Assembly: GCF_009914755.1 (NCBI RefSeq)
Contig: NC_060942.1
Reading direction: 5' to 3' (one strand)
Origin: the human T2T-CHM13v2.0 reference genome, Homo sapiens
Length of the DNA: 64,000 bases
Shown: piece after piece, positions 26,299 through 41,893 of the stretch
Position numbering within the stretch: position 1 is the stretch's first letter
Layout of the letters: every line of letters begins with the position of its first letter
Program-made: the position numbers and the translations under genes
Notes under the pieces: generated by a model
Databases searched by the model: none
What the model saw: the letters and a program-made list of their open reading frames with translations, nothing else
Told to the model about the DNA's origin: nothing

Positions 26299-27638
26299 TG
26301 GCTTTAGGCTTGTCTGAGTATTTCTCAGATAGATCTGCATCATGCAGGTGTTTCAGATATAATCCAGTGTTGTTATACTGGGGCCTGTTGGTACAGTGGC
26401 AAGGTGTTGGGGAAGAGAAGCATTCTATAAACTTATGTTTAAATAGACTTTCAGTGGGTGTGTGTTCCTGAGCTATTTCCTTCACCAGTTTCACGAATGT
26501 TTCTCCATTAGCACAATTTTGTTTTGTTTTTGTTAATCCTTATTAATACAGAAAGGTAGAGGGGGCTAGAGTGAGATGAATGTCCAACCTTTGGGCAGGA
26601 TGAAGTTCCAGCATAGTCTTTAACCCCCTGAAGAACAGGTCGTCATCGTGGAGAATTCTATGGGCTTATTTCGTCTTAATTTCTCTCTCCCTACCCCTCC
26701 CCGAGCCATTAGTGGAACTGGATCTTTCTTGGCTCTTTTTTGCGAAAACTTGTTCTGGCTACAGGCGATAATGTGCACAAAATTGTGGGGTCCTTTGAGT
26801 GTGGAGTCATGGGTTTTTCTCAGTCCTAAACTAGTCCTCACTTGACCTCTAGTAATTTATAAAAAATACCATTTAAATGATCCTACTAGTTTATGGCTCC
26901 AGTGGCAATTTCCCAAGCAAATAGGTCTTCATGTTGGCTCGCTGGATTTGCTTGTCTCTCCACGTTTACAGTAGTGATTTCGGTTCTCTGATGTTTCCAA
27001 GTAAGGCCATTGATTTTCAGTTTACTTGACTTTTCCTGTTGTGTGAATGGGAGCAATGCTTTCTAAGTTCTTTAGAGGACTAAATTGAAGTGAAAAATCC
27101 ATGCATCTTTTCTAATGTCTTTATGCAAAGCTAGTCACAGGAGAAAGCTGGATTAATTTACATAAGTATCCCCAGGGACTTTTGTAAGTCAAGCTATGAA
27201 AATCCAATGGTTTGTGGTGACCTGCTGTGTGAGTTTGGGGCAACCCTAAGGCGATCATAAGGAAAGAATTGCTCAGAAATAAAAGTGTGTTGCAGAACAT
27301 GGTAGGCTGGGCTTGTGACTCAAGTCTGGTGTGTGTGCCTGCATGGGAGAATCACACAGTCATGATAACACGTGTGATAGAATTTACCCTGGCCGCTGCC
27401 ACCTGACTAAGGTAAGTTTGAAAAACATGGTCTTGAGAACCACAGGCAACTGGCCAGAGTCCTGTTGACAAGAGCATTAACATGGAGTAAGAAAGTGGTT
27501 ATTGCTCCTTGCCATACCAGTCTTCCTTGGTGCAGCTGTGTTCTGTAGGAAAACAAAGGTAACTGTAAGTACTCCACTAACATTAATAGTAAGTACTCCA
27601 CTAGCTAGATTGTTAAGTACTCCACTAGCATTAATAAT

Positions 27639-27863
27639 TGATATGGCTTGGCTGTGTCCTCACCCAAATCTCATTCTGAATTGTAGCTCCCATAATTCCC
27701 ATGTGTTGTTGGGGGGACCCAGTGGGAGATAATTTAATCACGGAGGGAGTTTTCCCCATACTGTTCTCGTGGTGATGAATAAGTCTCACAAGATCTGATG
27801 GTTTTATAAGGGGAAACCCTTACAAAATGTTTGTATTAGTAATTAGTATTACAGACTAATACA
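27639..27863 (+). mobile_element. THE1B-like LTR with internal deletion
   Basis: tgatatggcttggctgtgtcc start and gactaataca end, but only 225 bp; near-TSD ataat/gtaat. Confidence 0.88.
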
Positions 27864-28774
27864 GTAATCTCCACTAGATTCTATAATTTGCTTTTGCCTA
27901 GCATTTTGAATCCATTATCTTTAGAATTAACAAAACCCTTGAAATTCATGAAAAAATTGGAGGCTCCTTCAATGTTACATAATAGACTTTCTTCTAATAG
28001 GGAGAATGGGGGCAAAATGGTTAATTTAAAAAAATTGTGATATGTGAGTATTCTGTATCAATAGTTTTGTAGATATGTGAAACTGGTAAGCAATTTATTT
28101 TTTAAGGCTTGTGGAATGGAAAAAATATAGAAATGTCTAGCTGTATTTAGCATCATTTAAAATTAATATAAAAATATGAACACAAAGAAAGATATAAAAT
28201 ACATTTCAAATTTGACATCACTAGATTACATTGTGAACATTATTTTATACTTTTTTAAAAAAATCTTGTTCTTCATTAATTACTAATTTGAGTCAAGCTC
28301 TGATTGAATAATGTGGGAGAATCTTTAGAACATAGGTTTAGTTCCTTCATAAATTCACAGCTCACTTTAATTATTAAGTATATAAAAATACATTAGAAAT
28401 ATATATGAATCTTCCTGGATTTAAAATTAAATAATAATGCTCACTATTGTTCCATTTCTCTTTTTTTCTAGTTCTTAAGAAGGCCAGAGAATTGCAGCCC
28501 AAATGTCAATATAATATATCCCCAAAAGCACTTTTGAGAAAGATAGTATAAAACTTCTAGTGTCTTAGTGACTCAGTCCTTTCTTACCTAAGAATTATGA
28601 CAATTTTAAGTACTCTACTAGCATTAATAAACCAGACACAAAAATAATTTCCAGTAGTATATGGTTTAACAAAAAAAAAAAAAAGAGAGAGACTCTAAGA
28701 CTAATATTCATGCTTCTTTCATTTATTGGGCTGAAACTTTGAAACTCAAAGATAACAATAGTGATAGTAATAAT

Positions 28775-29025
28775 TATAACAGCTAGCTTTTAATAAACCT
28801 TCCTTTCTATCAGGAAATTGCTAAGCTTTGTATCTACATAGTCTTAGACCGTGCTTGCAAAAATCTCAAGATATTTGTACAATTCAGTTTCCACTTTATA
28901 AATGAAGATATAAAGCATGAAAAGGTTCCTTGCCTCTCAGACTGTCTCACAGTTAGCAGAGGACAGAGCCAAGAATCAAACGTAGGCCCAAGTGGGTCCA
29001 GAGTCTGAACTTGTAAACACTCATT
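28775..29025 (-). mobile_element. MIR
   Basis: ccactttataaatgaagat, tcacagttagcagaggacagagccaagaatcaaac. Confidence 0.65.
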
Positions 29026-30723
29026 ATTCCTAAAGCAGTACGTAATTTCTAATACAACTTTTCTCCCTTTCAGTTTTCCATAAATATTATTTTAGATAAC
29101 TGTGATCTTTTTGTCATTTAAATTTTGACATCTTAAGTAAAATGCATGAGATCATGTGAGCTTATATATTTTAAATAAACTAGGTTGTTTTTCTGTTATG
29201 TTTAGCATCACTTTTGAGCATTTTTCCAACAAGTAAATAAAAAAATTTGTAGGCCATTACCTATCTAATTTAGTCATTATCCAATTAAAATTAATGCATT
29301 CATCTATTAAGGTAACTAAAACACTATTTGAGATAAATTAGACCACAAGCCAAACTATTTATGAAAGACGGCAGCTAATAACTTATAATTCAGTTGGATA
29401 CAAATAATGACTCCTTCATTTTCAAAGAAAAAAATTTAAAAATTTCATTAGGTTCAGGTTTGTGAAATTAATTAAAAAAATACAAATCACATACTTTCCT
29501 TCTTGAGCTGATTTCTTATTTCTTTTTTGCTAGGTGGATAATGAAGTTTCCAATCAGAATTTGTGTTAAAACCATCAGCAATTAGAAAATAGTCTCACTA
29601 CTATCAGAAAAAGTGTGTAGGTAGTAATGAAAACAATACACTAATTTTTAATAAAAAGTTTTTGTTTTATGTTTGTTTGTTTTTTTGCTACTGTGGAGTA
29701 CTTAGAACTCAAAACTTGTTAGAGAGGGAAGAACTGGGAGACTGGACAGCTGACTTCTCTAATTGATCTGAGAGGGAAAGATATTACTAAGAGTGATGAC
29801 TGGCAACTGTAGTGGCTAATAGACTTCCATGTGGCTTCACATGAGCCACACAAGAATCCAAATATAGCAGGGCCTGTGTACATACCTGTGTACAATTTTG
29901 TCAGTAGATTGTCAGGAAGATTTTTGAATGAATGCATTGTGATATTCCTCAGGGTAATGAGCTCGCCTTCCAAACAGTGCCAGACACTTGGCTACATTCT
30001 CTGATTTTATCATTAAGATCTTCATTCTTGTTATCTTCTGATTGAATTTTAAGCACTAATACACGAAACTAAAAATATTTTTTTAGGGAATAAAGGTGCA
30101 GGAAGATATTCCCATCATTGACGGTGACAATTCATAGTCTTAAGTGTGTTTTAAAACTAACTTTCAGATAACTAGAGCAGCAAGCTTTTTTTATGCCCAT
30201 GATTCTCAGCAGGATTTTGTTAAAAAGATTATGGTTAAATTCTCTTTCCCTTTAACAGAAAAGGAGCAAGGGCTGCAAAACGTATCCTCTGAGCTTCTTC
30301 TGAGGGGTCATGATAATGACAGGCATGGTTCCCTTAATGAATGTGCTTTCTGGAAGCACCAGAACAAGACAATAGTCTGTTTGGTGGAGAGTTTCATTTG
30401 AAATAAAATAATAGTTTACAAAGTTAGGAACATTGGATGCCCCAACCAAATAGGGTATAACCTTTAAGACAGGACTTCTATTTCATGTTCAAATGACTTT
30501 ACCATCTACTTATGAAGTCAACAGCTCATTGGTGGTATGGTATGTGATGAGAACATTATTCCACAAAGCATCCCATTATCACACTTTTTTATGTAAATCA
30601 GGAGTCTTGGTCTAAGGCAATATAGTATGGAAGTCCATGCTGGTGCATCAAACACTCTTTGAACTCTTGAAATGTGGTGCTGGTATGAAAAGTAAACCTC
30701 TGTCAACAATATTTGTCCTCTAA

Positions 30724-30936
30724 ATGAGATTGGCAAACTATAGCTCTTCGAGCAAATTTAGCCAGCCCCCTGTCTTTTATGACCCATAACATGAGGATTT
30801 TTTTCCCCATTTTCATATGGGAATATTTCAAATTATTAGAAAAAATAACTACATAATATTCGTAATTTTGCTTCTTGGCCAGCAAAATCAAAATATTTAC
30901 CATTTGACCCTTTAAGAAAAAGTTTATTGAACCCTG
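30724..30936. mobile_element. MER58-like hAT-Charlie element
   Basis: Degenerate TIRs gagattggcaaacta and aagtttattgaaccctg; aaaatatttaccatttgaccctttaagaaaaagttt. Confidence 0.75.
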
Positions 30937-31171
30937 CTTTAAATATCTGAGGATTCCCCTTTCTCTAATGTATTTCCTAAGTAAGCTGGTACAGGACACT
31001 TTGGTTGGAGTACAAGGATTAGAAAACTGATTATCCTAACATGTTCCATTGGTAAATTTTACAAATGGAATTTTGCAGTGTATCTCCTGCTATTTGTTAT
31101 CCAGATGGAAATAAGGACACATTTTCTGTGTTAGGTTGTTAGGTGGAGCACCAAATAACCTCTGACTGATT

Positions 31172-32400
31172 GCACCACAGTGTTTTTATTACTATAGCTT
31201 TGTAGTATAATTTCAAATCAGGAAGTGTGATGCCTCCAACTTTGTTTTTCTTTCTCAGAATTTCCTTGGTTATTCAGGGCCTTTTGTGGTTCCATATGAA
31301 TTTTAGAACCTGAAACCACAGAACTCCTAGAAGATAATGTAGGAAAAAAAAATTCTTTGACATTTGCCTTGGAAATAACTTTTTGGATATCATACCAAAA
31401 TCGCAGGCTACAAAACCAAAAATAAGTAAATGGTATTGAATCAAGCTAAAGAGCTTCTGCACAGCAAAGGGAACAATCAATAAGATAAAATGGCTACCCA
31501 TGTATTGGAAAAAAATGTTTGCAAGCCATCTACCTGATAAAGCGTTAATAGGGTTAATATCCAAGATTCACAAGGAACTCCTACAAGTCCCTAGTAAAAA
31601 GCCAAATAACCTGAATAATAAATGGGCAAAGGACCTGAACAGATGTTTCTCCAAAGAAGAGATAAAATTGACCAGTGGGTATAAAAAAGGCTGCTCCAAC
31701 CTCATTAGTCACCAGGGAAATGCAAACCAAACCACTATAATGATATAAATTCACACCCATTAGGATGGCTATTATCAAAAGTTAAGATATAACAAATATT
31801 GCTGAGGGTATGGAGAAAAGGGAACTCTTGTATGCTGTTGGCAGAAATGTAGATTGAGGCAACTATTGTGAAAGGCAGTATGGAGGTTCCAAAAGAAATT
31901 AAAACTAGAAATATTATGTGACCCAGCATCTCTCTTTTGAGTGTATACCAAAAGTAAGTGAAATCAGGAAATCCTGCCATTTCTTACAAAATGGATGAAC
32001 CTGGAAGACATGATGCTAAATGAAATAAGACTGAGAAAAAAAATTACAGGATCTTACGTATGCATCTAAGAGAATCAAATATACAGACAGCGAATAAAAG
32101 AGTGGTGATCAGAAGGATGCAAATGGGGAGATGTGGGTCACATAATACAACGTAGTAGATGTGTAAAATGAACAAGTTTATGTATCGAACGTACAACATG
32201 AAGACTGTAGTTAATAAAATTATACTGTTTCGGATTTTTGCTAAATGAATAAATGTAGTTGTTATTGACACATACACAAAGGATAACTATGTGAGATGAT
32301 GGATGTGTTTATTTGCATCACTATGGTAACCGTTTTACTATTTATATTTATCCCATAACATCATGTTGTATATTTTAAATATACACAAGAACATTTTTTG
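31172..32400 (+). mobile_element. L1MA4A/5A-like 3' fragment with inverted 5' segment (31172-31307 antisense)
   Basis: Antisense ORF2 piece (LKFIWNHKRP frame) joined to sense ORF2 and an L1MA-type 3' UTR. Confidence 0.85.
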
Positions 32401-32979
32401 AAAGAATAAATCTATAATCCTTTGAATTATTGAGTCAACTAACCAGGTATGTTATTTTTACCTAATGAGACATAGTTTCTTAATTGTTTTCTATTCTGTA
32501 AACCATCCTGTGAACACTGTAGTTTGGTATTTTTTGTGTAGTCATTGAAACACTTCAAAAATGAAACTTTATAGAAAAGAATTTATTTTGGTTATGCTTG
32601 AGAAATGTAGCATAGCATGTCACTCCTTTCAGAGTGTCAACATAAGCAGACTTAGTATTACGCAGTACATATTTTGTGAAATATGCCTCTCAAAATATAA
32701 TGCCAAGTGAATGTATTATGCAATAGTAATTAATATTGGTCTTACAGTAGCTACAACTTTTGAAGATTTTTACATTAATTGAAAATCTCATATCCCATAA
32801 CAGGTGTTAAATTTTTAGAATCTTTGAAATTTTTCTGCCATGGTTGAGTAGAATATTTTATTTGGAGCGTATTCAAAAAAGTTACAGTCTTGCCAACATT
32901 TTTTTATTTTGAGTCTTACATCTTGTATGTTATTATTTCTTCTTGTTTTTATTCTTTTCTATGGTTTGAAATGTGATTC

Positions 32980-33285
<306 letters not shown>

Positions 33286-33349
33286 ATTCTTGTCTTTTTA
33301 TTCAAGTTGTAAATAACATTTTATAGAAGTTGGTCAAAGCACAAGACCT

Positions 33350-33562
33350 TTTAAAATTTTTATTGTAATTGACGAATTATTGCTCTGTATATTTATTGGG
33401 TACAAAATGGTGTTTTAATTTTTTATACAATGTGGAATGATTAAATCAAGATAGTTAACATATCCATCACCTCAAATGTTTACCTTTTCGTGATGATGAC
33501 ATTGGAAACACTGTCTTTAGCACTGTTGAAATGTGACGACCCCATTTATTAACCATATTTAC
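33350..33562 (-). mobile_element. L1MA7/8-like 3' end fragment
   Basis: atacaatgtggaatgattaaatcaag...aacatatccatcacctcaaat. Confidence 0.7.
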
Positions 33563-33585
33563 AGGACCTTTGAGCACACCTTTCT

Positions 33586-35065
<1,480 letters not shown>

Positions 35066-35202
35066 TCAGCAATATTTGAGTTTGGTTATGCAACTGATAA
35101 ACATCACACACTTACAAATGTGTAGTCCATGAGCCTCAATCTTCTGATCCAAATGTCAAAACAGACTACAAAATTTGTACTGAAGTAATTATGTCTTCTT
35201 TA

Positions 35203-35538
<336 letters not shown>

Positions 35539-35949
35539 CGAACAAAAAACCTTATCTAAATAGGTTTTTATCATATGTTGTTGGTACATATATGTTGATT
35601 TCTTATCAACAGAGAGTGGTGCAGAGATCTTGTCTACAATATCAAATAATGAAATTCAACTACAAATGTAACTAGTTTTTCTTAGCTCGTATGTTTAAGA
35701 AAAAAATCTTAACTTCTAAGAAATTAATGAATTTACTTTAGTTCAGTTGTCTACTTTTGACCAGTTACGTGTGAAAGAAGGAAGGGATTCATATAACAAC
35801 AGGACCTTCAAGGATGAGAACAGAAATAGATTCTTTAAGGGAGTTAGCAGGGGGAAAAAGAGTGTGTCCAATAGAGTGATTTTAATTAATATATTTGGCA
35901 TTTTGTATTTTGGCTTCAGTAGCCTCTGAAATGATTAACAATTAAATCG

Positions 35950-37600
35950 ATATTTTAAAAAGTTGAATAATAATTGTACATACTTATGAGGAATGTGTGA
36001 TGTTTTTATACATGCATAAAATGTGTGATGATCAAATCAGGGTAATTGGGATATTCATTACCTTGAGCATTTATGATTTCTTTATGTTAGGAGCACTTCA
36101 TATCTTCTCTTTTAGCTACTTTGAAATATACAGTAAATTATTGTTAACGATAGTTACCTTACTGTGCTATTAAATCCTAGAGCTTATTTCTTCTAACTGT
36201 ATGTTTGTATCCATTAACCAATCTCTCTTTACCGCCCACCCTTACCAGGCTCACGTATTATTAATTAATGCTGGTCACCCTTGCCGGACTCAAGTAACCA
36301 TCATTCCACCCTCTACTTCCATGAGGTCAACCCTTTTTAGCTCCCGCCTATGAGTGAGAGCAAGAAATATTTGTCTTTCTGTGCTTGGCTTATTTCACTT
36401 AAAACAATGATCTCCAGTTCCATCCATGCTGTTGAAAGTGATATGATTTTATTCTATTTTTATGACTGATTAATATCCTATTGTATATATGTGTATGTAC
36501 AATGACAACATTAGAGATAGGCATGTATCACATTTTCCTTATCCACTCATCTGTTAGTGGGCATTTAGATGGATTCCATGTCTTGGCTACTGTGAATAGT
36601 GCTACAATAAACACAGAGATGCAGTTTTTCCTGGTTATAAACTGATTTCCTTTCTTTCGGATACCAAGTGGCAGAATAGCTGGATCATATGGTAGTTTTA
36701 TTTTTAGTTATTTAAGAAACCCTCATATTCTTTTTCATAACGGGTGTACTAATTTACATTCCCACCAGCTGTATATGAGAGTTCTCTTTTCTCCACATCC
36801 TCACCAGCATTTGATACTTTTTGTCTTTGAATAATTGGCCATTCTATCTGAGATGAGATGCAATCTCATTGTAGTTTTAACTTACATTTCCCTGATGATT
36901 CTTGGCATTGAAGATTTGTTCACATACCTGTTGGCCATTTGGATATCTTCTTTTGAGAAATGTCTATTAAAATTCTTTGCCCATTTCTCAGTGTTTTTTT
37001 TCCTTCTGTTTTTGTTGAGTTGATTGAGTTCTTTGCATATTCTGGATATTTGTCCCTTGTCAATTGAATATTTTGCAACTATTCTGTCCCATTCTACAGG
37101 TCATGTCTTTATTCTATTAATAATTTATTTTGCTGTGCAGAAGTATTTTATTTTCCTATAGTACCATTTCTCTATTTCTTTTTGTCTCTGCTTTTGAAGT
37201 TTTAGCCATAAAAACTTCACCTAGATCAATGTCCTGAGGCATTTACCCTAGGTTTTTCTCTAGCAGTTTTATAGTTTGTGGTCATATATCCAAGTCTTTA
37301 ATCTATTTTGATCTGATTTTTGTATATGGTGAGAGGTTGAAGTCTAGTTTCATTCTTTGGTATATTATATCCAGTTTTTCCAGCACAATTTATTGACGAA
37401 TCTCTCCATTTTCTAATGTATGTTTTTGATGCTTTTGTCAAAAATCAGTTGGCTTTCAATATATGAATTTGTTTCTGTCTTCTGTATTCTGCTCCATTGA
37501 TCTATGTGTTCGTTTTTGTATCAATACCATGATGTTTTGGCTACTATAGCCTTGAAGTATAGTTTCAGGTCAGATAATGTGATGCCTCCAGCTTTGCTCT
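35950..37600 (-). mobile_element. L1MA3/4-like 5'-truncated element
   Basis: Antisense 3' UTR (gatcaaatcagggtaattgggata) and ORF2 C-terminal words extending to gtgatgcctccagctttg. Confidence 0.85.
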
Positions 37601-38257
37601 GATTCCGTATTAACTCTGGCCTGATATTAAGTGCTGCATATGACGTAGTCTGAATATTGGTGTATTTTCTTGTTGGGTAACATTGTCTCGACATAGGAAT
37701 TGTAAGGTGTTACATAACTTGAAAATTTGATGGGTCACATTTTGGGGGTTACTTATTCAGAAAAAGGAAACAGAGTCATGGCTATCATGATTATCTCTGA
37801 TGGTGAATATTGTGTGACTAATAGACCATAATGTATTTTCACTTGAGGTATTAACATAAAGAATTATAGAGACTGCCAAAAATGGAGGTTTTTAAATCTA
37901 CACCATAAGTGGAAAATATGTTCGATGAAACCTGCATTTTTTAGGCATTTTCAGAGTAGGATCTCCACTTATATGTTTCTACTGCATCAAACCATAGGTT
38001 GAATCTAGAAATCACAAAAACAGGATTTCCTGCTCATTTTCCCATTCTTCTCTGATGAAGCATGTACACTAATGTGTGTAGAACTGCAAGATTCAAGACA
38101 CAAAAATTAAAGATCCTTGGTCATGAGATTGCTCCAGAAGATTGGAGATCCCTGTCACTAAAGCTGTCAGTCATCTCAGAAACAGTTTAAGTATAAATCC
38201 AGGGCTTTAGTACAAAGCCTTGAAATATTGAATTAAGTTTATATTCAAGCTCAAGAC

Positions 38258-38700
38258 TTTTATAGGTTGAACTCCCTCCCTCCAAAAAAAAATATTATCA
38301 TCTTTGGTTCCTGTGAGTGTGACCCTATTTGGAAACAGGGTCTACAGATGTAATAAAATTAAGGTGAGGTCACTGAGGTGGGTCCTCGTCTAGCGTGACT
38401 GTTGTCTGTTTAAGAAGACCACGTGAAGACGGAGACCCCCAGAGAGACAGCACGTGACGACAGAGGCAAGGATTGTAGTGATGCAGCTGCAAACCACGGA
38501 ATACCAAGGATTGATGGCCAAAACCATGAGCTAGGAAGAGACAAGGAAGGATTCTACCCAGAGCTTCAGAAGGAGCAGGCACTGCCCACACCTTGATTTC
38601 AGAGTCACAGCCTCCAATACTGTGAGAGGATAAATTACTGCTGTTTTTAATCTACCCAATTAGTGATACTGTTTTTACAATAATCCTAGAAAACGAATGT
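38258..38700 (+). mobile_element. MaLR solo LTR, MLT1C-like
   Basis: gtgaccctatttggaaacaggg, gtgatgcagctgcaa, gctaggaagagacaaggaaggattct, acaccttgatttcag. Confidence 0.85.
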
Positions 38701-39349
38701 GGATTTTAGGCATCAAAAGTTTCAAAAATTACACCTAATAATTACTTATTCTATTTTTATAATTCTGTGAGTTAGTTTAAAACAATAGATGATGAATTTG
38801 GGTGTCAGAGAGGGAAAGTAATGCTCAGTTACTATCAAACCGTAGCACATGAGAAAATGGAAATCCCTAAAATCTCTGTCTAATACCCAGGTTCTTACTT
38901 ATTAATGACATGGTGTCTACAAAACAAACAAATTAAAAAAGATGTTAATAATTAAAGAGAACATTTAAATTCTCAGATTTAAATATATATATTAATTTTA
39001 TAAAAGTATATCTACTTTTCATATAAATTTTCAATTTATAATTTATATAGTTATATTGTTTTTCTTTTGTCTTTCAGACATAATAATTCTTACCATGTAC
39101 TAAATTCCCTGAAATTACACCAATTTTCTTTGCTTTTTAGTTTTTGTAAATATATTTGTGTTAGCCATATTTGGCCAAAACAAAGAGAAAAATCTACATG
39201 TTTATTTCTGAAGCAGAGCTCTCTGGATGTACTATCATATAATACTTCCCACACATCCTTCATTATTTCTTCCCCATCCAAGACTTCTTTAAAACATGAG
39301 ATAATAAGGAAGAGGGGGAGAAAGAGGAGGATAATCTTGATGGTGATAA

Positions 39350-39560
39350 TGAATTTGAACACTTAGTAGGCACCAGGCATTGTACTAAGTACTTTTTATA
39401 TTTTCCCTTTAATTCTTAACATTGTGAAGAAGCTAATAACTTTCAGCTCATCTTACGCGAAGGGAAAGCAAGACTTAAACAAAATCAGCAATTTAGCTCA
39501 GGTATCAAAGCTACTGAATGGTAAAGTCAAAGCTCAAACTGAAGCCCGAGGCTTTGTCTT
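39350..39560 (-). mobile_element. MIR
   Basis: ttgaacacttagtaggcaccaggcattgtactaag, aatttagctcaggtatcaaagct. Confidence 0.6.
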
Positions 39561-40919
39561 TGCTATAAGTTTGTTAACTATACTTCATCTGACTATGCTG
39601 CAAATGAGCATGGGAGGGCAAGGAGATGAACATAAGAAGTGAGCTCCAACCCTGTTTTCAGGTTTAGGTATGTACATAGGTAGAGCAGAAATGGGTACAC
39701 TGCAGATAGGCCTGTATGATGTGCTTGTAGAATTTTAATGACAGCAACCTAAATTGCATCGAGCCATGTCACAAGAAAGAGATCTAGAGTTAAACATTAT
39801 ATTAGCAGATTAAATTATCACAGAAATTTTCACATTAAAATTTGAAACCATCCCAATTTTAACAGCTTTTACCTTGTTAACATTTTTCTATTATGCAAGG
39901 CACTGAATTACATTTATTGAGTTTACTTTTTCATTGTTTAATATTTTAACTCAGAAAAAAAAATTGGTTTTACTAAAAACGAGACAGTTACAAATATACA
40001 AACAACTCTTCCACAATTAATCTTCTACGAGTTAGATAATTCCACAATTATCTATTTTATTAGATAATGAACATTATGAACATTTTCAAACTATCACCGA
40101 GACTTAAATTATGTTAATGAAAAATTAACATTAGCTGTGTGGACAATAACTTACATTTTTATTCTCTTGAATATTTGCTGAAATTTTAAGGGAAATAGAT
40201 TATTAGCTTATTTGGACATACTCACACTGGCCTATCTTTACAAAATAATACAAATAACAAAGAGGAAGGAAAAGCATCTTATCATGCAGCCAGTTCTCAG
40301 CATAATTTTACAGTCAGCATTCCAAGTACTTTGATTATGTGTCTTTTGCTGCTTTTTGCTTGCTGCACTCTACTTCAGCATAAAACAAAAGATAATGTAT
40401 TCTGTCAAAAGAATGAAATAATGTTAGTAGGTAATAGAGTCTGAAATGTTTACAAACCTATAAATGAAGAATGCACCATTAATATGAATGAATGTAATGA
40501 AATGCTTTCATGATAATTGCTACATGAGTAGCATAGCATAAGCTAGCTATTTTTAGTGTATTAGTTGCAGGTTTTATAATCATGGAAAAACAATTAGTGC
40601 TTACAAGTGCTAATTTTCATGCTACAGAGAAGGTTTTTTACAGTCTTTCCATGTCAACATAAGGGCAATTATCACAGGTTCCTATGGTTCCTTTGAACTC
40701 TGGACAGACTTTGTACCATAACATATCTAATTTAGCTATTTTGAAAAGTAGACCAGTCAATTTAGAAAAAACTACCTAATCAAGCTGTCAAGTATTCTAT
40801 GTTAGTCATATGTCATGATTCTAGATAAATTCCACAATATCACATGAAATTTTTGAAAGAATAGGTTTTGCTGGGGTAATAGGAAATCTTACGTGGCCAG
40901 GGACAATAAAGCTATAATT

Positions 40920-41110
40920 CTCTGGTGGTCAGGGTGAGGCACCATTCTGGGGATCATTCTTAAAAGAAGAAGTTGTTCTCCTATTTGCAGGGAGTGGTAT
41001 CAGCCTTCAGCTGACAGCTGCTATGGGGATTATCTAAATTGTAGAGGGCAACCCCACTCAATGTCGTACCTTCCTGAAACTGCTGACATTCAATGAGTAG
41101 TAATGGCAAG
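40920..41110 (+). mobile_element. ERVL LTR16-like fragment
   Basis: cagctgacagc...ggggattatct...gtagagggcaacccc...ccttcctg...acattcaatga resembles the LTR16 core. Confidence 0.4.
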
Positions 41111-41882
41111 ACTCGGGGTGCCACACAGTCACAGGAATTATCTGAGGAATCCAGCTCCTGAGTATTTGGAGATCTTGGCAACTGTGGAATATTGTCCCCT
41201 CCTATTCATGTGGAAAACTGAGACTGGGTACAGCTCCAACATCTAGATAAAGATGCACCCCTGGTTCCAAAAAGCTGATTGTTCAGTCAATGCACAGTGA
41301 GTGTTCAGGATCATTTTCAGGCATTGCACAATGCGATACACATGTAATTTTTAAATTGAAGGAATGTGTTTATTCACCAAAATAATTAGAAAAATAATCA
41401 AGCCAGGGATAAATATATGAAGAGATTCAAGTTCACACATTTAAGCATAAATAGATAATAACCGATCAATAGATAAAACATTTACTATTTATTAGAAACC
41501 TAAGAATTAAAAAATGATAAAAATGTACAAGAAATTTATGAGATGAATAAGATGATTTCTATAATAATAAATTTGTATATAAATATTCTTTCATACATAA
41601 TGCAATAGGTTAATAATTGATGCCTTCCCATCAAGTATTAAGAACAACTTATGGAATTTTCTAGAATCTCTAGGAACCCAAATGGAATACTTTTCTGAAA
41701 ATGTAATACATATTTTAAGACTAACTTCTTACTATATCTTCTCTAATATATGACCTAATAGTCAATGAATTATATAGTGTCATTTATTCATTAATTGAAC
41801 ACATTATTTTAATATTATAAAGCATCTTCAAAAAACCATGTGTAAGTGAAAATCATAAAAATACATTCAGGAGTGACATCAG

Positions 41883-41893
41883 TAAGATGGCAG
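41883..41893 (+). promoter_or_regulatory. YY1-type motif at the L1 5' end
   Basis: aagatggc at the position where L1 5' UTRs carry the YY1 site; function unproven. Confidence 0.4.

Noticed and set aside
25761-26494. 148-aa hydrophobic ORF and 158-aa ER-repeat ORF
   Set aside because: Antisense T-rich L1 sequence and a (CT)n tract generate these compositions.
27400-27550. Strong donor AAG|gtaagt and downstream ctgtag as lncRNA exon boundaries; similar minus-strand donors at about 55515 and 56915
   Set aside because: No consistent exon chain or reading frame can be built from sequence alone.
27566-27637. CRISPR-like repeat-spacer pattern
   Set aside because: Primate DNA, repeats only about 14 nt with spacers of about 10 nt, and no cas genes.
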